This document shows positions 15,676-27,200 of a stretch of DNA of 64,000 nucleotides, piece by piece. How positions within the stretch are numbered: the stretch's first letter is position 1; each line of letters begins with the position of its first letter. The translations under genes and the position numbers were made by a program. The notes below the pieces were generated by a model, which saw nothing but the letters and a program-made list of their open reading frames with translations, had not been told where the DNA came from and made no database searches. Origin of the DNA: Clostridia bacterium (GTDB lineage Bacteria > Bacillota > Clostridia > Oscillospirales > CAG-272); the NCBI GenBank assembly GCA_017621415.1, contig JAGATD010000033.1:83311-147310 (forward strand), given 5' to 3'.

Positions 15676-18450
15676 ATGCCACAAATTTCGGTAAAGATTA
15701 CTCAAATCTCTAAAGATTTTGATTTAAAATCAAAAGATGTTCTTGATACCTTTAAGGAGCTTGGTATTGATAAAAAAAGCGGAGGTACAGTAGATACCGA
15801 CGAGTTTGAGCTGTTTATGCAGCATATTACCAAGAGCCGCCAGATAAAGGATCTTGATGCTTACAGAGATGGAAGAGTTAAAATAACAGCTCCCAAGGCA
15901 GAAAAGCCTGCGCCAAAGGCAGAGCCTGCTTTAGAAAAGAAGCCCGAGCCGCCAAAGCCTGAGGTAAAAGCTGCTGAGGTTAAAAAGCCGGTGGAGAAAA
16001 AAGCAGAGGAAAAGAAGCCTGAGGAGCGCCGCAGCTATGACAATAGCCGTCAGGGTGAGAGAAAGACCTCTTACCAAAAGTACAGTGCTGCTCCGACAGA
16101 GAATCCTTTTGCTAAAAAAATTGATAATATGAATCTGAAGGCGCAGGGATTTAAGGGTCCTAATTCTCAGAAGCCCCAGCCGGAGGCAAAGAAGCCTCAG
16201 CCTGAAATAAAGAAGCCTGAGCCGCCAAAGCCCGAGCTTAAAAAGGCAGAGCCTTCGCCTGTTCGTCCCGCGCAGCAGGCAATGGCTGAAAAAGCGCAGA
16301 AGATAGAGGCGCAAAAGGCTGCACCTAAGGCTGCGCCCGCACCTCAGCCCAAGCCCAAAAAAGAGGAAAAGAAGCCTCAGAAGCAACAGTTCAAGACTAT
16401 TACCCCCACAATTGACAGAAGCGCTGTTAAGGGCGGTGTAAATATCGGTGCTGAATATGCCAGCGAGACAACACAAAAGACCCGTGTTGTTGATATGAGA
16501 ACCTCTGACGTAAATCTCTCTAAGTACGATGACAGATACAACGAGCAGTATTACGCAATTCTTAACGGCACCGACTCCAAGGCATCTAAGCAGAAGCTTA
16601 AGAAGCAGGATAACAAGGGTCAGAATCAGAAGAGCGCAAAGGATAAGGAAAGAGCTGCTCAGGAGAAGATTAAGCGCCTTGAGGCTGAGCGCGCAAGAAA
16701 CAAGCAGCTTGAATTTACCGTTCCCGATGAGATAACCGTTGTTGAGTTTGCATCCAGACTTAAAAAGAGTGCTGGCGACGTTATCAAAAAGCTTATGTTT
16801 ATGGGCGAAATGAAGGGAATGAACGATACTATTGATTATGCAACCGCAGAGATAATTGCCGATGAGTTCGGCGCAAAAATTACCAAAGAGGTTGTTGTAA
16901 CAATAGAAGAAAAGCTCTTCACCGAGGCAGAGGATTCAGCAGAGGACCTTGTTGAGCGCGCACCTGTTGTTTGTGTTATGGGTCACGTTGACCATGGTAA
17001 AACCTCTATTCTTGATGCAATCAGACATACAAATGTAACGCGCGGCGAGGCGGGCGGTATCACCCAGGCTATCGGTGCATACAGAGTTAAAGCCAACGAC
17101 AAGGATATCACTTTCCTTGATACCCCCGGTCACGAGGCATTCACCGCAATGCGTATGCGCGGAGCTAAGTCTACCGATATTGCAATTCTGGTTGTAGCAG
17201 CTGATGATGGTGTAATGCCCCAGACAGTTGAGGCAATAAACCATGCTAAGGCTGCGGGAATTGATATTATAGTAGCAATAAACAAAATGGATAAGCCCAC
17301 CGCAAACCCCGACAATGTTCTTAATCAGCTTACTCAATATGAGCTTGTTCCCGAGTCATGGGGCGGTGATGTTATCTGTGTACCGTGTTCTGCACACACA
17401 GGTATGGGAATCTCAGACCTCCTTGAAAACGTGCTTTTAGTTGCTGAGGTTAAGGAGCTTAAGGCTAACCCCAAGCGCCGTGCGGCAGGTCTTGTTATCG
17501 AGTCTAAGCTTGATAAGGGCCGCGGTCCTGTTGCCACCGTTCTTGTACAGAACGGTACTCTTCACCAGGGTGATTACGTTATCGTTGGTAACGCAGTTGG
17601 CCGTGTAAGAGCAATGGTAGACGACAAGGGCAAGAACGTAAAGGTTGCAGGTCCCTCTGTTCCTGTTGAAATTATCGGACTTGATGATGTTCCTCAGGCA
17701 GGCGACGAGCTTAATGCGGTTGAAAATGAGAGAATGGCTAAGGACCTTGCCGAGCAGAGAAGAGAAAAGCAACGCCAGGAAATTCTTGCAGCTAACTCCA
17801 GAGTTAACCTTGATGAGCTCTTCGGTCAGATTGCGGCAGGTGTTCAGACCCTTAATATAGTTGTTAAGGCAGACGTTGCAGGCTCTGTTGAGGCGGTTAA
17901 GTCTTCACTTATTAAGCTCTCTAACGAGGAGGTTAAGGTTGCCGTAATTCACTCAGCGGTAGGCGGTATCACCGAGAGTGACGTTATGCTTGCTGCTGCA
18001 TCAAATGCAATTATCTGCGGATTTAATGTTCGTCCTGACAGAAATGCTCTTGATTCCGCAGAGCGTAATAAGGTTGATATCAGAACTCACAGAATTATAT
18101 ATGAGATAATCGACGAGGTAGAGGCTGCGATGAAAGGTATGCTTGCGCCTACCTACAAGGAGGTTCTCCTCGGCCATGCTGAGGTTCGCCAGTGCATCAG
18201 AGTTCCTAATGTCGGTATTATCGCAGGATGCTATATTCTTGATGGAAAAATTACCCGTAATGCCCAGATTCGTATCGTTCGTGACGGTATAGTTATATTT
18301 GAGGACAAAATTGCTTCTCTCCGCCGTTTTAAGGATGACGTTAAGGAGATTAATGAGGGCTACGAATGCGGTGTTGGTATAGAAAAGTTTAACGACATTC
18401 GCGAAGGTGATACGCTTGAAGCATTCGTTATGGAAGAGGTCAAAGACTGA
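15676..18450 (+). CDS. infB: translation initiation factor IF-2
   Basis: Lys/Pro/Glu-rich N-terminal region, G-domain [23 protein letters not shown], and C-terminal IF2 domains. Confidence 0.95.
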   Translation: MPQISVKITQISKDFDLKSKDVLDTFKELGIDKKSGGTVDTDEFELFMQHITKSRQIKDLDAYRDGRVKITAPKAEKPAPKAEPALEKKPEPPKPEVKAAEVKKPVEKKAEEKKPEERRSYDNSRQGERKTSYQKYSAAPTENPFAKKIDNMNLKAQGFKGPNSQKPQPEAKKPQPEIKKPEPPKPELKKAEPSPVRPAQQAMAEKAQKIEAQKAAPKAAPAPQPKPKKEEKKPQKQQFKTITPTIDRSAVKGGVNIGAEYASETTQKTRVVDMRTSDVNLSKYDDRYNEQYYAILNGTDSKASKQKLKKQDNKGQNQKSAKDKERAAQEKIKRLEAERARNKQLEFTVPDEITVVEFASRLKKSAGDVIKKLMFMGEMKGMNDTIDYATAEIIADEFGAKITKEVVVTIEEKLFTEAEDSAEDLVERAPVVCVMGHVDHGKTSILDAIRHTNVTRGEAGGITQAIGAYRVKANDKDITFLDTPGHEAFTAMRMRGAKSTDIAILVVAADDGVMPQTVEAINHAKAAGIDIIVAINKMDKPTANPDNVLNQLTQYELVPESWGGDVICVPCSAHTGMGISDLLENVLLVAEVKELKANPKRRAAGLVIESKLDKGRGPVATVLVQNGTLHQGDYVIVGNAVGRVRAMVDDKGKNVKVAGPSVPVEIIGLDDVPQAGDELNAVENERMAKDLAEQRREKQRQEILAANSRVNLDELFGQIAAGVQTLNIVVKADVAGSVEAVKSSLIKLSNEEVKVAVIHSAVGGITESDVMLAAASNAIICGFNVRPDRNALDSAERNKVDIRTHRIIYEIIDEVEAAMKGMLAPTYKEVLLGHAEVRQCIRVPNVGIIAGCYILDGKITRNAQIRIVRDGIVIFEDKIASLRRFKDDVKEINEGYECGVGIEKFNDIREGDTLEAFVMEEVKD

Positions 18451-18484
18451 TTCAAAATTTGAACTTCTACAGTTCGCTTAAAAA

Positions 18485-18530
18485 ACTCCCACAAATGTAC
18501 TTATTTAAGTCTTTTGTGGGAGTTTTTGTT
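18485..18530 (+). terminator. intrinsic terminator directly after infB
   Basis: ACTCCCACAAA-(17 nt)-TTTGTGGGAGT followed by TTTTGTTG. Confidence 0.75.
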
Positions 18531-18633
18531 GTATTTTTTTAGACAAAATCAAATTGAAAAAAGGTTCAAAAATATACAAACCGCGAACGATTTTATACAA
18601 AAAATAATTATAAGGGCTTTTTTGCTCAAAAAC

Positions 18634-18661
18634 TTGACATTATATTCGTTTTTAGTATAAT
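18634..18661 (+). promoter_or_regulatory. sigma-A-type promoter for the oxidoreductase gene
   Basis: TTGACA (18634-18639), 16 bp, TATAAT (18656-18661). Confidence 0.55.
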
Positions 18662-18725
18662 TTAGTTGTAAGGTTTTTTGAACCTTTAATTTCTGAATGC
18701 AATTATTAAAAAGGAGAACAAAACT

Positions 18726-19760
18726 ATGGCACAGAAAAAAGTAAGATTTGCAGTAGTTGGTGTTGGCGGTCTTGGCAGATCGCATATGATAGGCGTCAAC
18801 AACAATTCCGACATTGCTGAGATCACAGCTATCTGCGATGTTAGCGAGGAGTTTCTTCAGAAGAGGGGCGATGAGTTTGGCGTTGAGAGACGTTACACCG
18901 ATTATTACGAGATGATTAAAGACGGTGGTTTCGACTGCGTTATTCTTGCAACCCCGGACTACATTCATAAGGAGCACGCTGTTGCTGCTTGTGAAGCGGG
19001 AATTCACGTTCTTTGCGAGAAGCCTCTTGCTCAGACTGTTGAGGACTGTAACGCAATGATTGAGGCTTCCGAAAAGGCTGGTGTTAAGTTTATGACCGGT
19101 CAGGTTTGCCGTAAGGCTCCCGGTTTTATGAAGGCTAAGGAGCTTGTAGAACAGGGCGAGATTGGCGATCTCTTCTATGTTGAGTCTGAGTATGCTCACG
19201 ACTATCAGTTCCTTGGCAAGGCTTGGAGATGGGATCCTGTTCATCTTCGTTATTCTATCATCGGCGGCGGCTGCCATGCTATCGACCTCCTTCGTTGGAT
19301 TGCAGGCGACCCCGAAAAGGTTATGGCGCTTGCTAACAGAAAGGTACTTACCGACTGGCCTGTTGATGACTGTACAGTAGCTATTATGCAGTTCCCGAAC
19401 AATGTTGTAGGTAAGATATTCTGCGGTATCGGTGTTAAGAGAGATTACACTATGCGTACCTGCCTTTACGGTACAAAGGGTACTATCATTTGTGACAACC
19501 GTTCCCCGGAGATTACTCTCTTCCGCCATGCTATAACCGATAACGGTCAGCACATCTATCCCGACAAGAAGATTCCTGTCGATGTCAACAACCATAACGT
19601 AACTGCTGAGATTAAGGATATGGCAGAAGCAATCCTCAATGACACTCCCCTTGAGTGCACAGTTTACGAGGGTGCAAACACTGTTGCTGTTGGTATTGCG
19701 GCAGTTGAGTCTGCGGCTAAGGGCGGCGAGCCTGTTGCTCCCAGATACTACAAAAAGTAA
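18726..19760 (+). CDS. Gfo/Idh/MocA family NAD(P)-dependent oxidoreductase
   Basis: Rossmann N-terminus VRFAVVGVGGLGRSH and the EKPLA motif (CEKPLAQTVEDC). The 418-aa ORF on the opposite strand is an antisense shadow. Confidence 0.85.
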   Translation: MAQKKVRFAVVGVGGLGRSHMIGVNNNSDIAEITAICDVSEEFLQKRGDEFGVERRYTDYYEMIKDGGFDCVILATPDYIHKEHAVAACEAGIHVLCEKPLAQTVEDCNAMIEASEKAGVKFMTGQVCRKAPGFMKAKELVEQGEIGDLFYVESEYAHDYQFLGKAWRWDPVHLRYSIIGGGCHAIDLLRWIAGDPEKVMALANRKVLTDWPVDDCTVAIMQFPNNVVGKIFCGIGVKRDYTMRTCLYGTKGTIICDNRSPEITLFRHAITDNGQHIYPDKKIPVDVNNHNVTAEIKDMAEAILNDTPLECTVYEGANTVAVGIAAVESAAKGGEPVAPRYYKK

Positions 19761-20060
19761 TGAGCGCCCTTTAGGATAGGTTATGAGCAATAAAATGCTT
19801 TCCATTGCGATAATTCAGTTTGACACCGCGAGGGTGGCTGTTAACAATGAAATAATATCGCGCAATGCGGAGGTCAAAGGCTCATAACGGCTATTTTGCC
19901 TCAATATTAAGGGGCTTGAAAGCCATTTCCTTAGAAAAGTAAGCCATTAAATAGAGCTTATCGACTGATTTTGCATAAAAGCGAGACTGACAATCCCAGC
20001 CTTTTAAGGGATTTGATGTTTCGCTTTTTTGTTTGCTTTAAGCATTTTACTTAATAGGCA

Positions 20061-20110
20061 ATAAAAACTAGCTCAAGCACAAATGCGTGCAGCTGAGCTA
20101 GTCTTTTTTA
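20061..20110. terminator. bidirectional intrinsic terminator
   Basis: Imperfect stem ACTAGCTCA..GCAC / GTGC..TGAGCTAGT flanked by AAAAA and TTTTTT. Confidence 0.6.
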
Positions 20111-20145
20111 TTGCGCATTACTGATTTAAAGCTGTGGTTATAAAA

Positions 20146-20976
20146 TTATTTTTCGGGTATTACAGTTACGTTGATATTACGATTCACCCAATCGTCATCG
20201 CTCTTGCCCGAAGCACCGTATCGAATGTAAATATCACTTGTCAGTCTGCTAATATCCAGAGTTACCTCAAAGGAGACCGTTTTCCAGCTTTCGTCTAAAA
20301 CACCGGAACCGTGTTCGAATTTGTGCATATAGAGAAGAGAGGGATCACCACTATCTTCACCGAATACGTATTTGTCATAGAAATCCATCACAGAGGAAAT
20401 ATCATTGCTTGCGCACTGAGTATTACTGTAAAGGAATATGTACTGATATCCGTCATCCTTTTCTCTGACCTCTGCGGAGAGAGAAACCGTTATTTTTGTA
20501 TAGCCGGCCCTTTTGAGGTCTACAATGCTATAATTGGAACTGATTCCTATTTTATCAAGCTGCTGATTTGCTCTTCCGGAGTCGGTGATTGTCGCATCTC
20601 CTTCCCTTACGAGGTAGGATGAGGGTTTAACTGTTATCCACTTTGCGTATGCTGTTCCTTTGGCTTTTTGCGCCTTTGTAATGTCAAACGGATGAATGTA
20701 ATCATTAAATGAGGAGTCACTGTACCAGCCGGCGAAATCATAGCCTTCCTTTGTGGGCTTAGTGGCAATAATGTCCTCGAATTTTGTATTTTCAGTGGGG
20801 TTAATACCGGTTCCGCCGTTCAAGATGATATTTATAGTTTCTCCACTTCCGAGAGGAGCGGAGCTGCCGTCGGAGTAAACGTTAATAGGGCGGTTGTCAT
20901 CTGAGCAGGAAGTTAGAGCTGCTAACATGGAAATTCCCAGGACCGCCGCTATAAATAAGTAGATTGCCTTTTTCAT
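20146..20976 (-). CDS. lipoprotein with a Listeria-Bacteroides-type (Flg_new-like) repeat; function unknown
   Basis: Signal peptide with lipobox MKKAIYLFIAAVLGISMLAALTSC; the segment GYDFAGWYSDSSFNDYIHPFD is typical of that repeat. Confidence 0.7.
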   Translation of the reverse strand: MKKAIYLFIAAVLGISMLAALTSCSDDNRPINVYSDGSSAPLGSGETINIILNGGTGINPTENTKFEDIIATKPTKEGYDFAGWYSDSSFNDYIHPFDITKAQKAKGTAYAKWITVKPSSYLVREGDATITDSGRANQQLDKIGISSNYSIVDLKRAGYTKITVSLSAEVREKDDGYQYIFLYSNTQCASNDISSVMDFYDKYVFGEDSGDPSLLYMHKFEHGSGVLDESWKTVSFEVTLDISRLTSDIYIRYGASGKSDDDWVNRNINVTVIPEK

Positions 20977-21116
20977 ATTCTAGTACCTTTCTTTTTAAAT
21001 AATTGCGCAATATTCTTCCAATTTGGAATTAATATTATTATAATTCCGTTTCGGAATTTTGTCAATAGATTTTGGAGATATAATTCTAAAAAAGAAGAAA
21101 AAAAGGATGAAATTAT

Positions 21117-21365
21117 ATGAAGATTAGAAAGCAGGAATACGGAAACGCAAATATGGTTGGCAAAAATATCGAGAGACTTCGTAAGGAGAAAGGAATAAAG
21201 CAAAAGGATTTTATTGCAAAAATTCAAATTATGGGTTGCGATATGAACCCCACAAGTTATTCTAAGCTTGAAGGACAGGTGAGGAGCGCCACCGATAAAG
21301 AGATATATGTTATCTCCAAGGTTCTTGGCATAAGAATGGAAGAGTTGTTCGAAACAGAAAATTGA
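21117..21365 (+). CDS. XRE-family helix-turn-helix transcriptional regulator (82 aa)
   Basis: GKNIERLRKEKGIKQKDFIAKI......SYSKLE HTH_3 pattern. Confidence 0.8.
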   Translation: MKIRKQEYGNANMVGKNIERLRKEKGIKQKDFIAKIQIMGCDMNPTSYSKLEGQVRSATDKEIYVISKVLGIRMEELFETEN

Positions 21366-21466
21366 CATATTGTAATAAGATTAGAGGGGCAATTGCTGTT
21401 TTGTGTCAATGCCTGTTCAGCATTCTATAACGGTTAGAGAAAATGAACTTCATATCTCTAAATTAC

Positions 21467-21503
21467 AAAAGCCAAGCGAGGTTTTACCGCCGCTTGGCTT
21501 TTG
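21467..21503. terminator. bidirectional terminator between the XRE gene and the HAD hydrolase gene
   Basis: AAAAGCCAAGCG-(12 nt)-CGCTTGGCTTTT. Confidence 0.65.
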
Positions 21504-21504
21504 C

Positions 21505-22293
21505 TTATTCTTCTATTCCTGCTATTTCTCCAACGCCCTTAAGTATGTATTTAGGTCTGTATGCAAAGTCGTTTATACTTTCCATAGTCGAAACACCCGA
21601 AAGCACAAGAACTGTGTCCATCTCGCTTTCTATACCTGCGATAATGTCGGTGTCCATTCTGTCACCGATAATTACAGCATCTGAGCGCGAAACACCGAGA
21701 CTCTTTAATGCGTGGCGCATCATAAGAGGGTTGGGCTTTCCTACAAAATACGCTTTTTTGCCGGTTGTAAGCTCAATGGGCGAAATCAAAGCCCTGCAGG
21801 CGGGAATTATACCCTTTTCAGAGGGGTCGGTGAGGTCGCTGTTTGTGCCTATAAGCTTTGCTCCGTTCATAACCAGGCGCGAGGCTTTTTCTATCTGCTC
21901 GTAGTTAAGGAATTTGCTTGAGCCGAAAACTACATAATCCGGGTTAACGTCATTCATGCTGAAGCCTGCCTCATACATTGCGTAAGTAAGTCCCGGTTCG
22001 CCGATAACATAAACAGAACCTCCGTCGCACTGGCTCTTTAAAAACGATGCGGTGGCGAGAGCGCTGGTGTAGAAATGGTCCTCGCTGACACTAAGTCCCA
22101 TTCTTTTAAGCTTTTGAGCAAGCTCTCTTGGCGAGCGGCCGGAGCCATTAGTTAAAAACAGATATTTTTTGTCATTATCTTCAAGCCATTTTATAAATTC
22201 TTTAACATGGGGAAGGAGCTTATTTCCGTGATAAATTACTCCGTCCATATCGCATATAAAGCCTTTTTTACTTCTGAGATCGGTGTAGTCCAT
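21505..22293 (-). CDS. HAD-IIA family hydrolase (NagD/sugar-phosphatase-like)
   Basis: DMDGV motif I (FICDMDGVIYHG), LTNGS motif II, GK....M and GDRMDTDI motifs III/IV. Confidence 0.85.
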   Translation of the reverse strand: MDYTDLRSKKGFICDMDGVIYHGNKLLPHVKEFIKWLEDNDKKYLFLTNGSGRSPRELAQKLKRMGLSVSEDHFYTSALATASFLKSQCDGGSVYVIGEPGLTYAMYEAGFSMNDVNPDYVVFGSSKFLNYEQIEKASRLVMNGAKLIGTNSDLTDPSEKGIIPACRALISPIELTTGKKAYFVGKPNPLMMRHALKSLGVSRSDAVIIGDRMDTDIIAGIESEMDTVLVLSGVSTMESINDFAYRPKYILKGVGEIAGIEE

Positions 22294-22395
22294 TTGTTTT
22301 TCCTCTGCTCTTTGTTTTTACTACACCATTATAGCTCTTTTTGTTACATAATTCAAGTAGCTTGTGAAAAAAATCACAATCAAAGTTTGCTATTG

Positions 22396-23196
22396 TCAAC
22401 ATTTTGCTTTGAAAATTGTATTTCCGTGGCAGTCAAAGATGTAGCTTTCGCTGTTTGAGTCGGTGTAGGCCTGTGTATACACGCAGCCATCATCGCACGG
22501 GGCAGCGAGGGTGTTAAAGGTTGGGTGAATAATAAATTTTCCGACAGTATCGATATACCCGTATCTGCCGTTAAGTCTTACCGCGGCAAGACCTGCATCA
22601 GTAAAATCGTAGGCATCGTCAAATTTGGGCGATATAACAAACTCACCGTCGATGTCGATATATCCATACTTTCCCTCGTATAATACAAGAGCAAGACCGC
22701 AGGATGCAAAGTCCGAGGCATAATCAAAGGTAGGCGGAATAATAAATTCCCCTTTTGTTGATATAAAACCATATTTACCATTGAGCTCAGCCCTTGCTAT
22801 ATTAAGGTCGGTAAAGCTGTATGCGCACTCAAATTCTGGAGATATGGCATATTTACCGTTTTTTTCAATATATCCGTACCTGCTGCCAACCCATACTAAG
22901 GCAAGTCCGATAGGCGAGAACGGAAGAGCTCCGTCAAAGCCAGGAGCGACGATGTAATCTCCGTTAGTATCAATATATCCGTATTTGCCGTTAACGGAGA
23001 CAACAGCCGCGCCGTTAATTGAAAAATCCGCAGCATAGTCAAACAAAGCCGGAATAACAATGTCTCCCGAACTATTGATATACCCATACTTTCCCCTTGC
23101 TCTGAAAAGCGATAAGCCGCAGCTTTGCGCAAGCTCCTCTTTAGGAAAGGTAGTATCTATTTCTGCCGCTAATGTTTCCTTGTGTCCGACATGCAT
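22396..23196 (-). CDS. WG-repeat (KWG) protein, no signal peptide
   Basis: Seven or more repeats of GKYGYI(D/N)..G..(V/I)I.P.FD.A..F. Confidence 0.8.
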   Translation of the reverse strand: MHVGHKETLAAEIDTTFPKEELAQSCGLSLFRARGKYGYINSSGDIVIPALFDYAADFSINGAAVVSVNGKYGYIDTNGDYIVAPGFDGALPFSPIGLALVWVGSRYGYIEKNGKYAISPEFECAYSFTDLNIARAELNGKYGFISTKGEFIIPPTFDYASDFASCGLALVLYEGKYGYIDIDGEFVISPKFDDAYDFTDAGLAAVRLNGRYGYIDTVGKFIIHPTFNTLAAPCDDGCVYTQAYTDSNSESYIFDCHGNTIFKAKC

Positions 23197-23329
23197 ATAA
23201 ATTATACCTCCCCTTACAGTGAAAAAAAGTTTATTTTTCGAACATTATACCGCAAAATGCGGTAAATGTCAATACCGCAAATTGCAGTTTGGTATAATTT
23301 TGTTAAAAGCCGTCAATAGTGAGGACGAT

Positions 23330-23545
23330 ATGGTTTATAAACGGATACGTGACCTGCGCGAGGACAGGGATATTACTCAAAAGGAAATAGCGAAAAAGCT
23401 TAACTGTTCCCAACAGGTATACTCAAATTACGAGCTTGGACAAAGAGATATTCCAACAGATATTCTCATCAAATTATCAAACTTATATAATGTGTCTGTG
23501 GATTATATTCTGGGGCTTAGCGATTCTCCAAAAAGAGCAAAGTAG
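23330..23545 (+). CDS. XRE-family HTH regulator (71 aa)
   Basis: Start at ATG 23330 (GTGAGGA RBS). IRDLREDRDITQKEIAKKLNCSQQVYSNYELGQRDIP and a VDYILGLSD tail. Confidence 0.8.
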   Translation: MVYKRIRDLREDRDITQKEIAKKLNCSQQVYSNYELGQRDIPTDILIKLSNLYNVSVDYILGLSDSPKRAK

Positions 23546-23737
23546 GCATGTAAAAATAGAAAACAGGAGCAAAGCAACACAGTTTTCGCTCTTGTTTTTT
23601 GTTGAAACAAAGTTATGCCTTTTTTGTTTTTAGTAATTTTTAAACAGATAAAAACTTTTTATTTGTGGAAAATGTCCTTTGTATTTTTTTCTCAAAATAT
23701 GGTAAAATATATACAGTAGAAAAATGCGGAGGACGGT

Positions 23738-24247
23738 ATGTATAAGGTAGGGGACAGGATAGTATACGGTCAGGCGGGAGTGATGACTGTTGTTGACATA
23801 AGGGAGGAGAAGGTTCTTAACGAGAAAAATACCTACTATGTTCTGAGAGCACATGATGCAGGGGAGGGGGCGCTTACGTTTGTGCCTACTGACAACGAGG
23901 AGTTAGTTTCCCTTATGCGTCCTCTTATGACCAAGGAAGAGATAGAAAAAATGATTATTGCCGTTAAGGAATCTCCCGATATACAATGGATAGAGGATAC
24001 AAGGGCGAGGTCTATGGTGTTTAAAAAAATTGCCGACTCCTCGGATTTTACAGAAATTTTGCGCATGATAAGGTCAATTGAAGAAAAGATAACTATTCGC
24101 ACCGAGTCTGGGAAGAGAAGCTATCTTTCGGATGAGATAATAATGAAAAAGGCGAAAAAAAGAGTTTATTCCGAATTTTCTGCCGTTCTGGACCTGGATT
24201 ATGAGCAGACCGATAATTATATTAGATACATGATGTCTCAAAAATAG
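23738..24247 (+). CDS. CarD/CdnL-family RNA-polymerase-binding protein
   Basis: N-terminal Tudor-like MYKVGDRIVYGQAGVMTVVDI.......YYVL motif. Confidence 0.75.
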   Translation: MYKVGDRIVYGQAGVMTVVDIREEKVLNEKNTYYVLRAHDAGEGALTFVPTDNEELVSLMRPLMTKEEIEKMIIAVKESPDIQWIEDTRARSMVFKKIADSSDFTEILRMIRSIEEKITIRTESGKRSYLSDEIIMKKAKKRVYSEFSAVLDLDYEQTDNYIRYMMSQK

Positions 24248-24255
24248 TGGATATA

Positions 24256-24297
24256 AAAACAGCACTTGAGCAAGAAAAACTCAAATGCTGTTTTACT
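24256..24297. terminator. bidirectional terminator between the carD-like gene and addB
   Basis: AACAGCACTTGAG-(9 nt)-CTCAAATGCTGTT, flanked by AAAAA and TTTTAC. Confidence 0.7.
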
Positions 24298-24298
24298 T

Positions 24299-27200
24299 TT
24301 ATTTTATGACCGCAGAACGGCATATAGGCTTAAATTCGCAGCTTTCGCACCTTGTGCTTCCGTTTTCTTCTGCGGGGGAGGCCTTAATATTTCCGCCTGT
24401 GATGCCCTCGGCAATTGTTGCTACCGCAGCCATAGCATCGTTCATTATTTCCTCAAAGCCATCCTCGGTAAACAGGAATTTGCGCTTTGAGTCGGACACC
24501 TTATCAGGCTTTCTTTTATCCGTAACCGGAGTGAATTCAAGCCCCATTGCCGTAAGGCTCTCTTCATTGTCAAGAACCATACCCTCTCTGCCCTGAGCTT
24601 CTTTGACGGTTATTTCCGCAATGTTGTCATCGGGGATGTCTACCCTTGTATCTCCAACAGCGGTTTTAATGTATATTACACCTGCAGGTATTGCGCGGCC
24701 GCCCTCTTTAACTCCCAGCTTTTCTTTAAAGCTTTTGTTACCCGAGTCAAGTATAGATTTGAGATATAGAAACATTTGCAGATTTTTACCCTCTGAAATA
24801 TCCTCCGGGGCGAATTTTTTAGCACCTGTTTTATAGTCGACTACTCTGACAAAAACATCATCTCCCGACTCGTAGGTATCAACTCTGTCAATATATCCGT
24901 AAACGTATATGTCTCTGCCACCGAGAGTTTTTGTCTTAATGGGCTCGGGGCAGTCCTCTCTGTCGGGTGCTATGGCAAGCTCGAAGAATTTCGGCTTGAA
25001 GCCGGATACTGCAAACTCGTCACAAAGACCGTCAACAATAGGCGTAGCCGCACGCACAAGTCTTGATATTTTTATCCTTGTCAGCGCCGAGCTCTCATCA
25101 GCTCCTTCGCCAAGCTCAGTTAAATATTTTTGTGCGGCTTTGGCGGTGAGATTTTCTCTTTCCTCTTTTGAGAGACTTGCTGTGTCGATGCCCTTGTCGC
25201 TTATATGCCGAAAAACATTCTCTAATATTGCGTGTATAAACGTGCCTATGTTTCTTGCGTCGAATTCGGCAGGCTCTTCGGGACTTAGCGAAAGGGTATA
25301 TCTGCAAAAATATCCAAAGGGACAGCTTCTAAAACTGTCTATTCTTGATTGGGTTAGTGAGATTGGGCGTGCTTCGTTGTCAAAATTGCTTCGAGTAAAT
25401 GAAAGAGATGCGTTTGTTATTGATGAGCGGCATCGATCTACCATATCAGAAAGCCCCGCCTTGCGTAATGCCTGCTCAGCCGCTTGCAAATCAACGGTAG
25501 AAAGAGTTGAAAGTGACTCAAGTGCGCCCTCCGCAGAGTATATCCTCTCGGATACGCATAGCTCGGAAATCTTTTTTACCTCGAGCCCTTCAACAATGGA
25601 TATCAAACGGTCGATTACCCCTGAGCGCTCGGTGACCTTGTATTTTGTATTTCTTGCCGAGTAGGTGAGTGTAACGCTTTCAGTAGCATAGGTGTAGCAT
25701 CTTGTGAAGATATAAAGCTCCTTAGCTCCTTTTGTTTCAAGCTCGGGGGATACCGATAAACCAAGCGCAGAAAGCGCTGCTTTGTCCTTTTCGGAAAAGT
25801 AATCGTTGTCGGTTACATTTCCTGGGAATTCGCCTGCGTTAACTCCGATAAGATAAATATGCTTCTTTCCGTAAAGCCTCAGCATATCGGCATTTCCCAC
25901 TGTAACCTCGTCAACATAAGAGGGGATCTTAGCCATATCTATCTGACCAAGGCATATCTTAAGCTGACCGATAAATGCTTCGCTTCCGGAGGGCATTTCG
26001 TCTGAAACCTCAACTAGTGTATCAAGGCATTCGCAAAGCATAGGCCATAGCCGCCTTGTTTCATCAGCAATAGCCCCCTCTCCTATCAATTCCAATTTTT
26101 TCGCTTCGGATTCAAGAGAATCGGGGAGCTTTATTCGCAATAAATATGAAACAAACAGTTCAGCCTGCTCTTTTACGGTTTTAGCCTTTGATTGTCCATC
26201 GGCAAAATCTTTTAAAGGAGCAATAAGTCTGCTTTTTATTTCATTTATTTTGGCGACATGCTCCGCAGCGCCGGATCTCCACATGGTTGTATACCCATCG
26301 GGATTCATGTTCCATATTTCTCCGTCGGTAAAGCGCGAGCCGTTAATCTGCCATTTTTCAACATAATACTCAAGCTCATCACACTCCTCACGGCTTATTC
26401 CCGCAAGGGCGCATTTGGCATAAGCGATAACAGCTTCTTTGGCAAAGCCCGACCTTGTTACCGCATAAGCCGCATAAATTAGCTTTATTGCCTCGTGTGA
26501 GCTGATGTCCTTTTTCTTCGAGAAAAAGGCGGGAACCTTGGCAAGCTCAAGAGAAGAATCAAGAATACCGACGTATTTTTCGGTGTTTCTCGCTACTATG
26601 GCAAAGTCGGAGAAAGACTCGCCTGCCATAACTCGCCTTTTTATATCCGAGGCAATAAAATCACATTCTTCAAAAGGCGTTTCAGCTTCTAAAACTCTAA
26701 TTTGTTGGTTGTTTTGTAAACCAATCTTGTCAAAATTGCCGTTTTGGCGCCATAAAAGCTCGCTGGAAAGAGTTATTGCACTTTCATAATTCGAGCATCT
26801 GTATTCGTTTTCAAGTTTTACATCGGTGTCAGCAAGTCTGCCTACACGTTTTAGTCTGTCGATAGTATCTCTTACTTCTGCATATTCAAAGGAATCTGAA
26901 GCGCTGTGAGAAATATTAATAAGCACAGACACGCAGCCTCTTTTGCTAAGCTCTGAAATAACCGAATACTGGGGAGCGGTAAATGAGGTAAACCCCTCAA
27001 TAAATATATAGCTTTTATTAAGGTACTCGGGGTTTGATCTCAGCTTTTCGGGCATAGCGGAGATAGCATCCATACTGTCCAAGTAACGCTGGGATATTAA
27101 CTTTTTATAAAGAGAAAAAACTGCCGCAAGATCTTTAGTCTTAGACTTTAATCGCGTATCGGTCAGTCCATCTGAATCAAGTACTTGTATTAGCTCCGCC

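Noticed and set aside
18549-19805. 418-aa - strand ORF
   Set aside because: It is the antisense shadow of the Gfo/Idh/MocA gene. The + strand product has the Rossmann and EKP motifs, while the - strand product is low-complexity (Leu/Ser/Asn-rich) without motifs.
21403-21904. + strand ORFs 21403..21684 and 21443..21904
   Set aside because: They overlap the HAD hydrolase gene on the opposite strand, which carries all four HAD motifs. The + ORFs span the bidirectional terminator.
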